A stretch of 64,000 nt of DNA from Mobula hypostoma (Eukaryota): contig NC_086097.1 of NCBI RefSeq assembly GCF_963921235.1, forward strand, positions 253,706,001-253,770,000, given 5' to 3'. Position numbers and translations under genes: made by a program. Below, piece by piece: positions 24,688 to 35,500 of the stretch. Position 1 is the stretch's first letter. Each line of letters begins with the position of its first letter. The notes under the pieces were generated by a model, which saw only the letters and a program-made list of their open reading frames with translations, did not search any database and was not told the origin of the DNA.

Positions 24688-25330
24688 TAAGAGTTAAGGT
24701 GGTTAAGAAAGCTTATGGGGTGTTAGCTTTCATAAGTCGAGGGATAGAGTTTAAGAGTCGCGATGTAATGATGCAGCTCTATAAAACTCTGGTTAGGCCA
24801 CACTTGGAGTACTGTGTCCAGTTCTGGTCTCCTCACTATAGGAAGGATGTGGAAGCATTGGAAAGGGTACAGAGGAGATTTACCAGGATGCTGCCTGGTT
24901 TAGAGAGTATGCATTATGATCAGAGATTAAGGGAGCTAGGGCTTTACTCTTTGGAGAGAAGGAGGATGAGAGGAGACATGATAGAGGTATACAAGATAAT
25001 AAGAGGAATAGATAGAGTGGATAGCCAGCGCCTCTTCCCCAGGGCACCACTGCTCAATACAAGAGGACATGGCTTTAAGGTAAGGGGTGGGAAGTTCAAG
25101 GGGGATATTAGAGGAAGGTTTTTTACTCAGAGAGTGGTTGGTGCGTGGAATGCACTGCCTGAGTCAGTGGTGGAGGCAGATACACTAGTGAAGTTTAAGA
25201 GACTACTAGACAGGTATATGGAGGAATTTAAGGTGGGGTTATATGGGAGGCAGGGTTTGAGGGTTGGCACAACATTGTGGGCCAAAGGGTCTGTAATGTG
25301 TTGTACTATTCTATGTTTTATGTTCTGTGT
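24688..25330 (+). mobile_element. Young CR1 3' fragment nested in the CR1 5' UTR
   Basis: Uninterrupted ORF2 C-terminus (VVKKAYGVLAFI...); TTTAT on both sides may be a TSD. Confidence 0.88.
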
Positions 25331-25426
25331 TTATAGAGCAGGCGCTAGAGTAGAGGGAATTGGAGTAGGAGGGCTTTGGCTCAATAGGGCTTCGGTGGTA
25401 AGGGGTCAAGGTGAGCTAAGTTTCTT

Positions 25427-26357
25427 GTGAAGAATAGAAACAGGAAGTCTGTGAAGCTGGTGTTCTGTACTGGGTGTCAGATGTGGGATATCCGGGAGTC
25501 TCCCAGCCTCCCAGACAGCCACATCTGCACCAGGAGCATTGAGCTGCAGCTCCTTAGGGACTGGGTAGGGAACTGGAGATGCAGCTCGATGACCTTTATC
25601 TGGTCAGGGAAAGTGAGGAGGTGATAGAGAGGAGCCAGAGGAAAGTAGTCACACTGGGGCCTCGGGAGACAGAGAAGTGGGTAACAGGAGAGGGAAGGAC
25701 AGGATTCAGAGGCTAGAGAGTACCCCTGTGGCTGTCTCCCTTAACTGTTTGAGTACTGTTGGGGGTGACGGCCTACCTGGGGGAAGCAACAGTGGCTGCG
25801 CCTCTGGCACAGAGTCTGGCCCTGTGGCTCAGAAGGGTAGGGAAAGGAAGAGGATGGCAGCAGTGATAGGGGACTCTATAGTTAGGGGGTCAGACAGACG
25901 ATTCTGTGGATGCAGGAAAGAAGCATGGATGGTAGTTTGCCTCCCAGGTGCCAGGGTCCGGGATGTTTCTGAATGCGTTCATGATATCCTGAAGTGGGAA
26001 GGAGAACAGCCAGAGGTTGTGGTACATATTGGTACCAACGACATAGGCAGGAAAAAGGAGGAGGTCCTGAAAGCAGACTACAGGGAGTTAGGAAAAAAGC
26101 TGAGAAGCAGGACCACAAAGGTAGTAATCTCGGGATTACAGCCTGTGCCACATGACAGTGAGTATAGGAATAGAGTGAGGTGGAGGATAAATGTGTGGCT
26201 GAGGGATTGGAGCAGGGGGCAGGGATTCAGATTTCTGGATCATTGGGACCTCTTTTGGGGCAGGAGTGACCTGTACAAAAAGGATGGGTTGCACTTGAAT
26301 CCCAGGGGGACCAATATCCTGGCGGGGAGGTTGCTAAGGCAATTGGGGAGAGTTTAA
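25427..26357 (+). pseudogene. CR1 ORF1 (Zn-finger + SGNH esterase), frameshifted
   Basis: CTGCQMW...HIC zinc-finger region; esterase blocks VIGDSIVRG, HIGTND and DGLHLN. Confidence 0.88.
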
Positions 26358-26489
26358 AATAGAATTGCTGGTGGGTGGGAAATGAACTGAAGAGATGGAG
26401 TAAGAGGCGTTGGCTCACAAATAGAGAAAGCTTATAGGCAATGCGAGAGGGAGGATAGGCAAGTGATAGAGAAGGGATGCGCTCAGACC

Positions 26490-28186
26490 GAATGTTTGAC
26501 ATGTCTACTTTAATGCAAGGAGTATCATGAACAAAGTGGATGAGCCTGGAGCGTGGATCAGTACTTGGAGCTGTGAGGTTGTGGCCATTACAGAGACTTG
26601 GATGGCTCAGGGGCAGGAATGGTTACTTCGAGTGCCAGGCTTTAGATGTTTCAGAAAGGACAGGGAGGGAGGAAAAAGAGGTGGGGGTGTGACACAGTTG
26701 ATCAGAGATAGTGTCACAGCTGCAGAAAAGGAGGAAGTCATGGAGGGATTGTCTACTGAGTCTCTGTGGGTGGAGGTTAGGAACAGGAAGGGGTCAATAA
26801 CTCTCCTGGGTGTTTTTTTATAGATCACCCAATAGTAACAGGGACATCGAGGAGCAGATAGGGAGACAGATTCTGGAAAGGTGTAATAATAACAGGGTTG
26901 TCGTGGTGGGAGATTTTAATTTCCCAAATATTGATTGGCATCTCCCTAGAACAAGGAGTTTAGATGGGGTGGAGTTTGTGAGGTGTGCTCAGGAAGGTTT
27001 CCTGACACAATATGTAGATAAGCCTACAAGAGAAGAGGCTGTACTTGATCTGGTATTGGGAAATGAACCTGGTCAGATCTCTCAGTGGGAGAGCATTTTG
27101 GAGATAGTGATCACAATTCTATCTCCTTTACCATAGCATTGGAGAGGGATCAGAACAGACAAATTAGGAAAGCATTTAATTGGAGTAAGGGGAAATATGA
27201 TGCCATCAGACAGGAACTTGGAAGCATAAATTGGAAACAGATGTTCTCAGGGAAATGTACAGCAGAAATGTGGCAAATGTTCAGGGGATATTTGTGTGGC
27301 ATTCTGCATAGGTACGTTCCAATAAGGCAGGGAAAGGATGGTAGGATACAGGAACCGTGATGTACAAAGACTGTTGAAAATCTGGTTAATAAGAAAAGAA
27401 AAGCTTACAAAAGGTTCAAAAAACTAGGTAATGATAGAGATCTAGAAAATTATAAGGCTAGAAGGATTGAGCTTAAGAATGAAATTAGGAGAGCCAGAAG
27501 GGGCCATGAAGAGGCCTTGGTATGCAGGATTAAGGAAAACCCCAAAGCATTCTACAAATATGTGAAGAGCAAGAGGATAAGACGTGAGAGAATAGGACCA
27601 ATCAAGTGTGACAGTGGAAAAGTGTGTATTGAACTGGAGGAAGTAGCGGAGGTACTTAATGAATACTTTGCTTTAGTATTCACTACGGAAAAGGACCTTG
27701 GCAATTGTAGGGATGACTTACAGCGGACTGAAAAGCTTGAGCATATAGACATTGAGAAAGAGGATGTGCTGGAACTTTTGGAAAGCATCAAATTGGGTAA
27801 GTCACCGGGACCAGATGAGATATAACCCTGGCTACCGTGGGAGGCGAGGGAGGAGATTGCTGAGCCTCTGGTGATGATCTTCACATCATCAATGGGGACA
27901 GGAAAGATTCTGGAGGATTGGAGTGTTGCAGATGTTGTTCCTTTATTCAAGAAAGGGAGTAGAGATAGCCCAGGAAATTATAGACCAGTGAGTCTTACTT
28001 CAGTGGTTGGTAAGTTGATGGAGAAGATCCTGAGAGGCAGGATTTATGAACATTTGGAGAGGCATAATATGATTAGGAATAGTCAGCATGGCTTTGTCAA
28101 AGGCAGGTTGTGTCTTACGAGCCTGATTGAATTTTTTGAGGATGTGACTAAACACATTGATGAAGGAAGAGCAGTAGATGTAGTGT
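26490..28186 (+). pseudogene. CR1 ORF2 5' part (APE + start of RT), disrupted
   Basis: VVAITETW, VVGDFN, SDHN, KSPGPD, PLFKKG...NYRPVSLTS and SQHGF spread over five broken ORFs. Confidence 0.9.
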
Positions 28187-28555
28187 AAACAACAGGAATT
28201 CTGCAGATGCTGGAAATTCAAGCAACACACATCAAAGTTGCTGGTGAACGCAGCAGGCCAGGCAGCATCTATAGGAAGAAGCGCAGTCGACGTTTCAGGC
28301 CGAGACCCTTCGTCAGGACTAACTGAAGGAAGAGTGAGTAAGGGATTTGAAAGCTGGAGGGGGAGGGGGAGATGCAAACTGATAGGAGAAGACAGGAGGG
28401 GGAGGGATGGAGCCGAGAGCTGGACAGGTGATAGGCAGAAGGGGATACGAGAGGATCATGGGACAGGAGGTCCGGGAAGAAAGACGGGGGGGGGGTGACC
28501 CAGAGGATGGGCAAGAGGTATATTCAGAGGGACAGAGAGAGAAAAAGGAGAGTGA
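28187..28555 (-). repeat. PLE 3' pseudo-LTR
   Basis: Direct repeat of 31701-32072 with scattered substitutions. Confidence 0.92.
28284..28321 (-). ncRNA. Minimal type I hammerhead ribozyme motif
   Basis: UAGUC CUGACGA A GGGU-CUCG-GCCU GAAA CG UC GACUG: stem I UAGUC/GACUG, core CUGANGA and GAAA, loopless palindromic stem III (ACGU), GUC cleavage triplet. Confidence 0.85.
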
Positions 28556-28613
28556 GAGAAAGAATGTGTGCATTAAAAAGAGTAACAGATGGGGTATGAG
28601 GGGGAGGTGGGGC

Positions 28614-31600
28614 CTAGCGGAAGTTAGAGAAGTCAATGTTCATGTCATCAGGTTGGAGGCTACCCATACGGAATATAAGGTGTTGTTCCTCCAACCTGAG
28701 TGTGGCTTCATCTTTACAGTAGAGGAGGCCGTGGATAGACATGTCAGAATGGGAATGGGATGTGGAATTAAAATGTGTGGCCACTGGGAGATCCTGCTTT
28801 CTCTGGCGGACAGAGCGTAGATGTTCAGCAAAGCGGTCTCCCAGTCTGCGTCGGGTCTCACCAATATATAAAAGGCCACATCGGGAGCACCGGACGCAGT
28901 ATATCACCCCAGTCGACTCACAGGTGAAGTGATGCCTCACCTGGAAGGACTGTTTGGGGCCCTGAATGGTGGTAAGGGAGGAAGTGTAAGGGCATGTGTA
29001 GCACTTGTTCCGCTTACACGGATAAGTGCCAGGAGGGAGATCAGTGGGGAGGGAGGGGGGGGACGAATGGACAAGGGAGTTGTGTAGGGAGCGATCCCTG
29101 CGGAATGCAGAGAGAGGGGGGGAGGGAAAGATATGCTTAGTGGTGGGATCCCGTTGGAGGTGGCGGAAGTTACGGAGAATAATATGTTGGACCCGGAGGC
29201 TGGTGGGGTGGTAGGTGAGGACCAGGGGAACCCTATTCTTAGTGGGGTGGTGGGAGGATGGAGTGAGAGCAGATGTACGTGAAATGGGGGAGATGCGTTT
29301 AAGAGCAGAGTTGATAGTGGAGGAAGGGAAGCCCCTTTCTTTAAAAAATGAAGACATCTCCCTCGTCCTAGAATGAAAAGCCTCATCCTGAGAGCAGATG
29401 CGGCGGAGACGGAGGAATTGCGAGAAGGGGATGGCGTTTTTGCAAGAGACAGGGTGAGAAGAGGAATAGTCCAGATAGTTGTGAGAGTCAGTAGGCTTAT
29501 AGTAGACATCAGTGGATAAGCTGTCTCCAGAGACAGAGACAGAAAGATCTAGAAAGGGGAGGGAGGTGTCAGAAATGGACCAGGTAAACTTGAGGGCAGG
29601 GTGAAAGTTGGAGGCAAAGTTAATAAAGTCAACGAGTTCTGCATGCGTGCAGGAAGCAGCGCCAATGCAGTCGTCGATGTAGCGAACGAAAAGTGGGGGA
29701 CAGATACCAGAATAGGCACGGAACATAGATTGTTCCACAAACCCAACAAAAAGGCAGGCATAGCTAGGACCCATACGGGTGCCCATAGCTACACCTTTAG
29801 TTTGGAGGAAATGGGAGGAGCAAAAGGAGAAATTATTAAGAGTAAGGACTAATTCTGCTAGACGGAGCAGAGTGGTGGTAGAGGGGAACTGATTAGGTCT
29901 GGAATCCAAAAAGAAGCGTAGAGCTTTGAGATCTTCCTGATGGGGGATGGAAGTATATAAGGACTGGACATCCATGGTGAAAATAAAGCGGTGGGGGCCA
30001 GGGAACTTAAAATCATCGAAAAGTTTAAGAGCGTGAGAAGTGTCACGAACATAGGTCGGAAGGGATTGAACAAGGGGTGATAAAACAGTGTCGAGGTATG
30101 CAGAAACGAGTTCGGTGGGGCAGGAGCAAGCTGAGACAATAGGTCGGCCAGGACAGGCAGGTTTGTGGATCTTGGGTAGGAGGTAGAAACGGGAAGTGCG
30201 GGGTGTGGGAACTATAAGGTTGGTAGCAGTGGATGGGAGATCCCCTGAGCGGATAAAGTCGTTGATAGTGTGGGAGACAATGGCCTGGTGCTCCTTAGTG
30301 GGGTCACGATCGAGGGGTAAATAAGAGGAGGTATCCGCGAGTTGTCGCTGTGCCTCGGCAAGGTAGAGGTCAGTACGCCAGACTACAACAGCACCCCCTT
30401 TATCAGCGGGTTTAATAATAAGGTTAGGATTAGTGTGGAGGGAGTGGAGAGCAGAGCGTTCCGAAGGAGTGAGGTTGGAATGGGGACAAGGTGCGGTGAA
30501 GTCGAGACGGTTGATGTCCCGTCGGCAGTTGGCAATAAAGAGATCCAGAGCAGGCAGAAGACCAGAGCGGGGTGTCCATGAAGAAGAGGAGGGTTGAAGA
30601 CGGGAGAAGGGGTCATCGGTGGGGGTGGAAGAGTCCTTGCCGAAGAAGTAGGCTCGGAGACGGAGACGGCGGAAGAAAAGTTCCGCATCGTGGCGAACAC
30701 GGAACTCGCTGAGGTGTGGGCGAAGGGGGACAAACGTGAGGCCCTTACTGAGAACAGAGCGATCTGCCTCCGACAGTTGAAGGTCGGAGGGGATGGTAAA
30801 GACCCGGCATGGATGAGAGCTGGGATCAGAGGGGGGAGGGGGGAGGCTGGGGGTGTCAATGGTGAGGGGAGGGTTGGGGTGAGAGGAAGATGGAGCCTCT
30901 GAGGGCCCAGGAGCTGACGGTGGGATCTGAGGAAGACGGGGCTGCGGAGTGGTGGTGGGGGAAGGGGAGACGGGAGTCACAACAGCAGCACATAAAGACC
31001 CGGCCTGGAGTTCAAGGCTGGAGTCGCAGTTGGTGGTTGTGCAATCGCTGTGAAGGTGTCCATGGTCGTTGCTGGAGTCCGGGTTTTGAATATGTCCTGA
31101 GGTGTTGGAGCCGCCGAGATCAATGGCAGAGACCGCAATTGAAAGTTCATGCCTGCTAGCGTCGGGGCCGGCAGGCTCTGGAGTCCGTAGATGTAAGATC
31201 TTGCGATCTTTGCCTAACATGACAAAGTCAAAGAAACGGCGATTGCAGGCGTGGATCCGACGGAGGATGAAATAACGGGTAGGACCATTACAGACGGCGA
31301 AGAAAGTGTCCCGAAGGTGTGGAAGGGTCTGGGATAGGGACACCAAGTACCTCCTCATGGCGGAGAGCGTCGCCTTCAGAGCTTGACGGGAGAAGCGGCG
31401 AGAGGCAGAGTCAATAAAATGTGAGTACCTGGGATCCTCAGAAGGTCCAAATTGAGAGGCTTGGAAACGAATCCTAAAGCCAACTGGAGTAAGTTGGCGA
31501 CGGAGGCACGTTCCAAGAAAGGATACATGGCAGTGATAGCGAGTTTGAGTCAAAGTCTGGTCGAAAAGTTGAAGAGCCGAAGAAATCACAGATGGGGAGC

Positions 31601-31664
31601 AGTGAGAGATGGTTTCACTGAACTTCCGTCGAAGAGAGGATCTAAACTTCTTCGGTGTAGGCAT
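28614..31664 (-). CDS. PLE polyprotein: N-terminal domain, RT, Cys-rich linker, GIY-YIG endonuclease (1016 aa from the first ATG)
   Basis: No stops; H..FL..C...TP.G N-terminal motif; KPADKGG, LPKIHK, GRPIVS, TMDVQSLYTSIP, QTKGVAMG, RYIDD, FLD, YYKPT; PCKRNKCYTC; VIYCVRCSRCGLLYIGET.RRL..RF.EH. The frame stays open upstream to 31742. Confidence 0.95.
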   Translation of the reverse strand: MPTPKKFRSSLRRKFSETISHCSPSVISSALQLFDQTLTQTRYHCHVSFLGTCLRRQLTPVGFRIRFQASQFGPSEDPRYSHFIDSASRRFSRQALKATLSAMRRYLVSLSQTLPHLRDTFFAVCNGPTRYFILRRIHACNRRFFDFVMLGKDRKILHLRTPEPAGPDASRHELSIAVSAIDLGGSNTSGHIQNPDSSNDHGHLHSDCTTTNCDSSLELQAGSLCAAVVTPVSPSPTTTPQPRLPQIPPSAPGPSEAPSSSHPNPPLTIDTPSLPPPPSDPSSHPCRVFTIPSDLQLSEADRSVLSKGLTFVPLRPHLSEFRVRHDAELFFRRLRLRAYFFGKDSSTPTDDPFSRLQPSSSSWTPRSGLLPALDLFIANCRRDINRLDFTAPCPHSNLTPSERSALHSLHTNPNLIIKPADKGGAVVVWRTDLYLAEAQRQLADTSSYLPLDRDPTKEHQAIVSHTINDFIRSGDLPSTATNLIVPTPRTSRFYLLPKIHKPACPGRPIVSACSCPTELVSAYLDTVLSPLVQSLPTYVRDTSHALKLFDDFKFPGPHRFIFTMDVQSLYTSIPHQEDLKALRFFLDSRPNQFPSTTTLLRLAELVLTLNNFSFCSSHFLQTKGVAMGTRMGPSYACLFVGFVEQSMFRAYSGICPPLFVRYIDDCIGAASCTHAELVDFINFASNFHPALKFTWSISDTSLPFLDLSVSVSGDSLSTDVYYKPTDSHNYLDYSSSHPVSCKNAIPFSQFLRLRRICSQDEAFHSRTREMSSFFKERGFPSSTINSALKRISPISRTSALTPSSHHPTKNRVPLVLTYHPTSLRVQHIILRNFRHLQRDPTTKHIFPSPPLSAFRRDRSLHNSLVHSSPPSLPTDLPPGTYPCKRNKCYTCPYTSSLTTIQGPKQSFQVRHHFTCESTGVIYCVRCSRCGLLYIGETRRRLGDRFAEHLRSVRQRKQDLPVATHFNSTSHSHSDMSIHGLLYCKDEATLRLEEQHLIFRMGSLQPDDMNIDFSNFR

Positions 31665-31700
31665 CACCGGAAGAGGCTTCGCAGTAGTGAATTTAAACGC

Positions 31701-32072
31701 AAACAACAGGAATTCTGCAGATGCTGGAAATTCAAGCAACACACATCAAAGTTGCTGGTGAACGCAGCAGGCCAGGCAGCATCTATTGGAAGAGATACAG
31801 TCGACGTTTCAGGCCGAGACCCTTCGTCAGGACTAACTGAAGGAAGAGTGAGTAAGGGATTTGAAAGTTGGAGGGGGAGGGGGAGATGCAAAATGATAGG
31901 AGAAGACAGGAGGGGGAGGGATAGAGCCAAGAGCTGGACAGGTGATTGGCCAAAGGGGATACGAGAGGATCATGGGACAGGAGGTCCGGGAAGAAAGACG
32001 GGGGGGGGGGGGTGACCCAGAGGATGGGCAAGAGGTATATTCAGAGGGACAGAGGGAGAAAAAGGAGAGTGA
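31701..32072 (-). repeat. PLE 5' pseudo-LTR
   Basis: Direct repeat of 28187-28555; overlaps the upstream extension of the ORF frame. Confidence 0.92.
31798..31835 (-). ncRNA. Minimal type I hammerhead ribozyme motif
   Basis: Identical to the motif at 28284-28321. Confidence 0.85.
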
Positions 32073-32073
32073 C

Positions 32074-32572
32074 AGATGTAGTGTATATGGATTTCAGCAA
32101 GGCATTTGATAATGTACCCCATGCAAGGCTTATTGAGAAAGTAAGGAGGCATGGGATCCAAGGGGATCTTCCTTTGTGGATCCAGAACTGGCTTGCCCAC
32201 AGAAAGCAAGGTGTGGTTGTAGACAGGTCATATTCTGCATGGAGGTCACTGACTAGTGGTGTGCCCCAGGGATCTGTTCTTGGACCCTTACTCTTTGTGA
32301 TTTTTATAAATGACCTGGATGAGGAAGTGGAGGGATGCATTAGTAAATTTGCAGATGACACAAAGGTTGGGGGAGTTGTGGATAGCGTGGAGGGCTGTCA
32401 GAGGTTACAACGGGACATTGATAGGATGCAAAACTGGGCTGAGAAGTGGCAGATGGAGTTCAACCCAGTTAAGTGTGAGGTGGTTCATTTTGGTGGGTCA
32501 AATATGATGGCAGAATATAGTATTAATGGTAAGACTCTTGACAGTGTGGAGGATCAGAGGGATCTTGAGGTC
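32074..32572 (+). pseudogene. CR1 ORF2 RT core (continuation)
   Basis: [39 protein letters not shown]. Confidence 0.92.
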
Positions 32573-35500
32573 AGGTCACTCGGCTGAGAGCTACTGGTAC
32601 CATGTAACCCAGTACTACCTGTCGCATGGTCGGGTGGTCGGCGACTAAACCGGCTCCCCCACCGGGCTTGCCTGGTGAGGAGGGTGGCTAGACACCCTGC
32701 AGGACAGAAAACAAGACCTGTCAAAGGGCAGATGAGCCCTCTCGTAGGGTCAACGGCCATCTAGCAAACACGTGCCGTGAAGCGCGGAAAGGGCATCCCT
32801 TGCATCGAAGTTTGGTCTGGCCATTCACTGCAACAGAACTTCCCCCAGCTGTCTTGGACCCCACCATGCCGCTGGATCCGGGAGGGGATGTCAAGAGGGT
32901 GGGTCTGGACCTGTGCAAGCCCCTACTCACCTAAAATCCACTCACGCACACGCTGTTCCTTTCTGAGGAGTGGGGTATCCTCAAAACACACAAGTCCTTT
33001 AGCGACGGACAAGTGGCGAAGCGGAAGGCCTGACCATCTGGGAGCCGTAGTCACAAGTCTGCATGCAGGCGGCACGGGGAGAGTGGTCGCACATGGATTA
33101 CAGAGCGGAGATCCGGCGAGGCGGCGGGGGAGAGTGGTCGCACATGGATTAGAGAGCGCAGATCCGGTGAGGCGGCGGGGGAGAGTGGTCGCACATGGAT
33201 TAGAGAGCGGAGATCCGGCGAGGCGGCGGGGGAGAGTGGTCGCACATGGATTAGAGAGCGGAGATCTGGCGAGGCGGCGGGGGAGAGTGGTCGCACATGG
33301 ATTAGAGAGCGGAGATCCGGCGAGGCGGCGGGGGCGAGTGGTCGCACATGGATTAGAGAGCGGAGATCCGGCGAGGCAGCACCCTCTGCGTCCGAGCAGC
33401 CCTGTTCAGGGAGGCACTGCTCACCCTATCATTAGGGAAGGGCCTAGAAAAGGTGGCTCAAACAAGCCCACTCACACCAACCTGGCCAGTCTGCCGCAGC
33501 TGGTGGGTCATCCAACTCTAGCGGTAAGAATCACAAGCAGAATCTGATCGTCACCTCATGGAACATACGAACTCTGCTGGACAATGCTAACTCAGATCGC
33601 CCAGAGAGACACACTGCACTTGTTGCTCGTGTGCTCAAGGACTAGAGAGTGGACATTGCGGCTTTCCAGGAGTTCCGACTCGCTGGAGAGGGAGCGCTTT
33701 GTGAAGAGAAAGGAGGGTACACATTCTTCTGGTCTGGCAGGCCTGAAGAAGAACGAAGAGAAACTGGTGTGTGCTTGTCTATTGAGAACTGCCTCGCAGC
33801 AAAGCTACTGACCCTGCCTGTTGCTGTAAATGACCGAATCCAGACCTTGCGTACACCTCTGCAAGGAAAACGCCACCTCACCACAGTCAATGTTTACGCC
33901 CCAACTCTGACTAGTCCCGGTGAAGTCAAGCAGGCATTCTGCTGAAAACCACCATCAGTAGCGTGGCAACTTCCGATGCGCTGCTGTTGCTGGGAGACTT
34001 TAATGCTAGGGACGGCAAGGAGTCAACTGTGTGGCCTGGTGTGACTGGATGCCAAGGGGTTGGCAACAGTAACGGTAACGGTCCACTGCTCCTCTCGATG
34101 TGCACAGAATTCAAACTGTGCATTACTAACACACTGTTCAGATTGCCAGACAAGCTCAAATGCACATGGATGCATCCGCGATCTGAAAGCTGGCATCTCA
34201 TTGACTATGCCGTCATCTGACAACGAGACATCTCTGACGTTCGTATCACCAGAGTTCAGCGTGGAGCTGAGTGCTCAGCTGATCATCAAATGGTGTGGTC
34301 GGATCTATGTCTATCGATCAAACCTCCATGCAGACTGAATGCTGTCAAACCACCCAAAAAGCTGAACACCACCAAATTGATACATAGTGACTGTGCTGAT
34401 GCCCTGAAATCCTCTGTGGAAACTGCCCTAAGCAGACTGGTTGAGCATCCAGCAGACGATATTACTGAGCACTGGAATGCCTTCACAGAAACGGTGTACA
34501 GCGCTGCCCAGGACACCTTGGGGAAAGTCAAGTGCGAGCATCGGGACTGGTTTGATGAGAGCAACCAATCTGTGCAAGACCTTCTCAGAGCTAAGGCAGC
34601 CGCACACCAGGCTCCTCTTCGACACCCAAACTCAAGTTCAAAAAAATGTGCCTTTTTGAGTGCAAAATCAACTTTGCAGAGGCAGCTCAGGGCTATGAAA
34701 GACCAGTGGTGGGCGAACAAGGCCAAGGAGTTACAAGCCTTTGCTGACTGTAATAACTCAAGAAGCTTCTATGAAGCAATCAAGGTTGTGTATGGTCCAT
34801 CAAAACAAGGCACCTCACAACTCCTGAGCATGGACAGTACATCCATCTTCACTGAGAAGTCAGAGCACATGAAAAGATGGCAAGAACACTTCCACGAGCT
34901 GCTGAACAGACCAGGAACCATCACCGATGAAGCACTGGGCAGAGTACACCCTCGACCCATACTGTTCGAGCTAGATACTCCCCCTACTCTTCATGAGGTC
35001 ATCAAAGCCATCAAACAGCTAAAGCCCAACAAAGCACCAGGGCCTGACGGTATCACAGCCGAGATCTACCAGTATGGTGGGCACACACTGACATCATGCC
35101 TGCACCAGCTGTTCACAAAGTTGTGGGGAGCTGCAGAATTACTACAAGACTTCAAAGACGCATCAATCGTGACCATCTACAAGAACAAGGGAGACAAGAG
35201 AGACTGCAACAATTACTGTGGCATCTCTCTTCTGTCAGTTACGGGAAAATGCCTCACGAAGATCATCCTTAGATGATTGGTGTCCAACACCAGTGACAAC
35301 ATCCTTCCAGAAAGCCAGTGTGTTTCGAACAGGCTGTAGTACAGTGGACAGGATCTTCTCACTGAGGCAGCTGCAAGAGAAATGTGTTGAGCAGCAGAGA
35401 AGTCTCTGTGTCACATTTGTTGATCTAACCAAAGCGTTTGACACTGTTGGTAGAGATGGCCTGTGGAAGCTCCTACCAAAATTCGGTTGCCCCCCCACGA

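Larger units (their letters stand above)
28187..32073 (-). mobile_element. Full-length Penelope-like element (Neptune-type) with direct pseudo-LTRs
   Basis: TSD AGATGTAGTGT at 28176-28186 and 32074-32084; direct repeats 28187-28555 and 31701-32072; a single long RT + GIY-YIG ORF. Confidence 0.95.

Noticed and set aside
25677..26357. Host SGNH/GDSL esterase gene (also 40152-40496 and 56538-56873)
   Set aside because: It directly precedes the APE-RT ORF2 each time, so it is CR1 ORF1.
28614..31742. Telomerase, retron or group II intron RT
   Set aside because: The C-terminal GIY-YIG, pseudo-LTRs and TSD identify a Penelope-like element.
31665..31742. ORF start at 31742 as given in the track
   Set aside because: It is a non-ATG start inside the pseudo-LTR; the first ATG is at 31664, although a spliced upstream start cannot be excluded.
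33070..33375. Possible CRISPR array (also considered for 22993-23146)
   Set aside because: The units are contiguous with no unique spacers, there are no cas genes, and the context is eukaryotic.
32777..33547. 256-aa ORF as a novel protein
   Set aside because: It has a non-ATG start, its length is inflated by a stop-free minisatellite, and it lies in the RTE 5' UTR.
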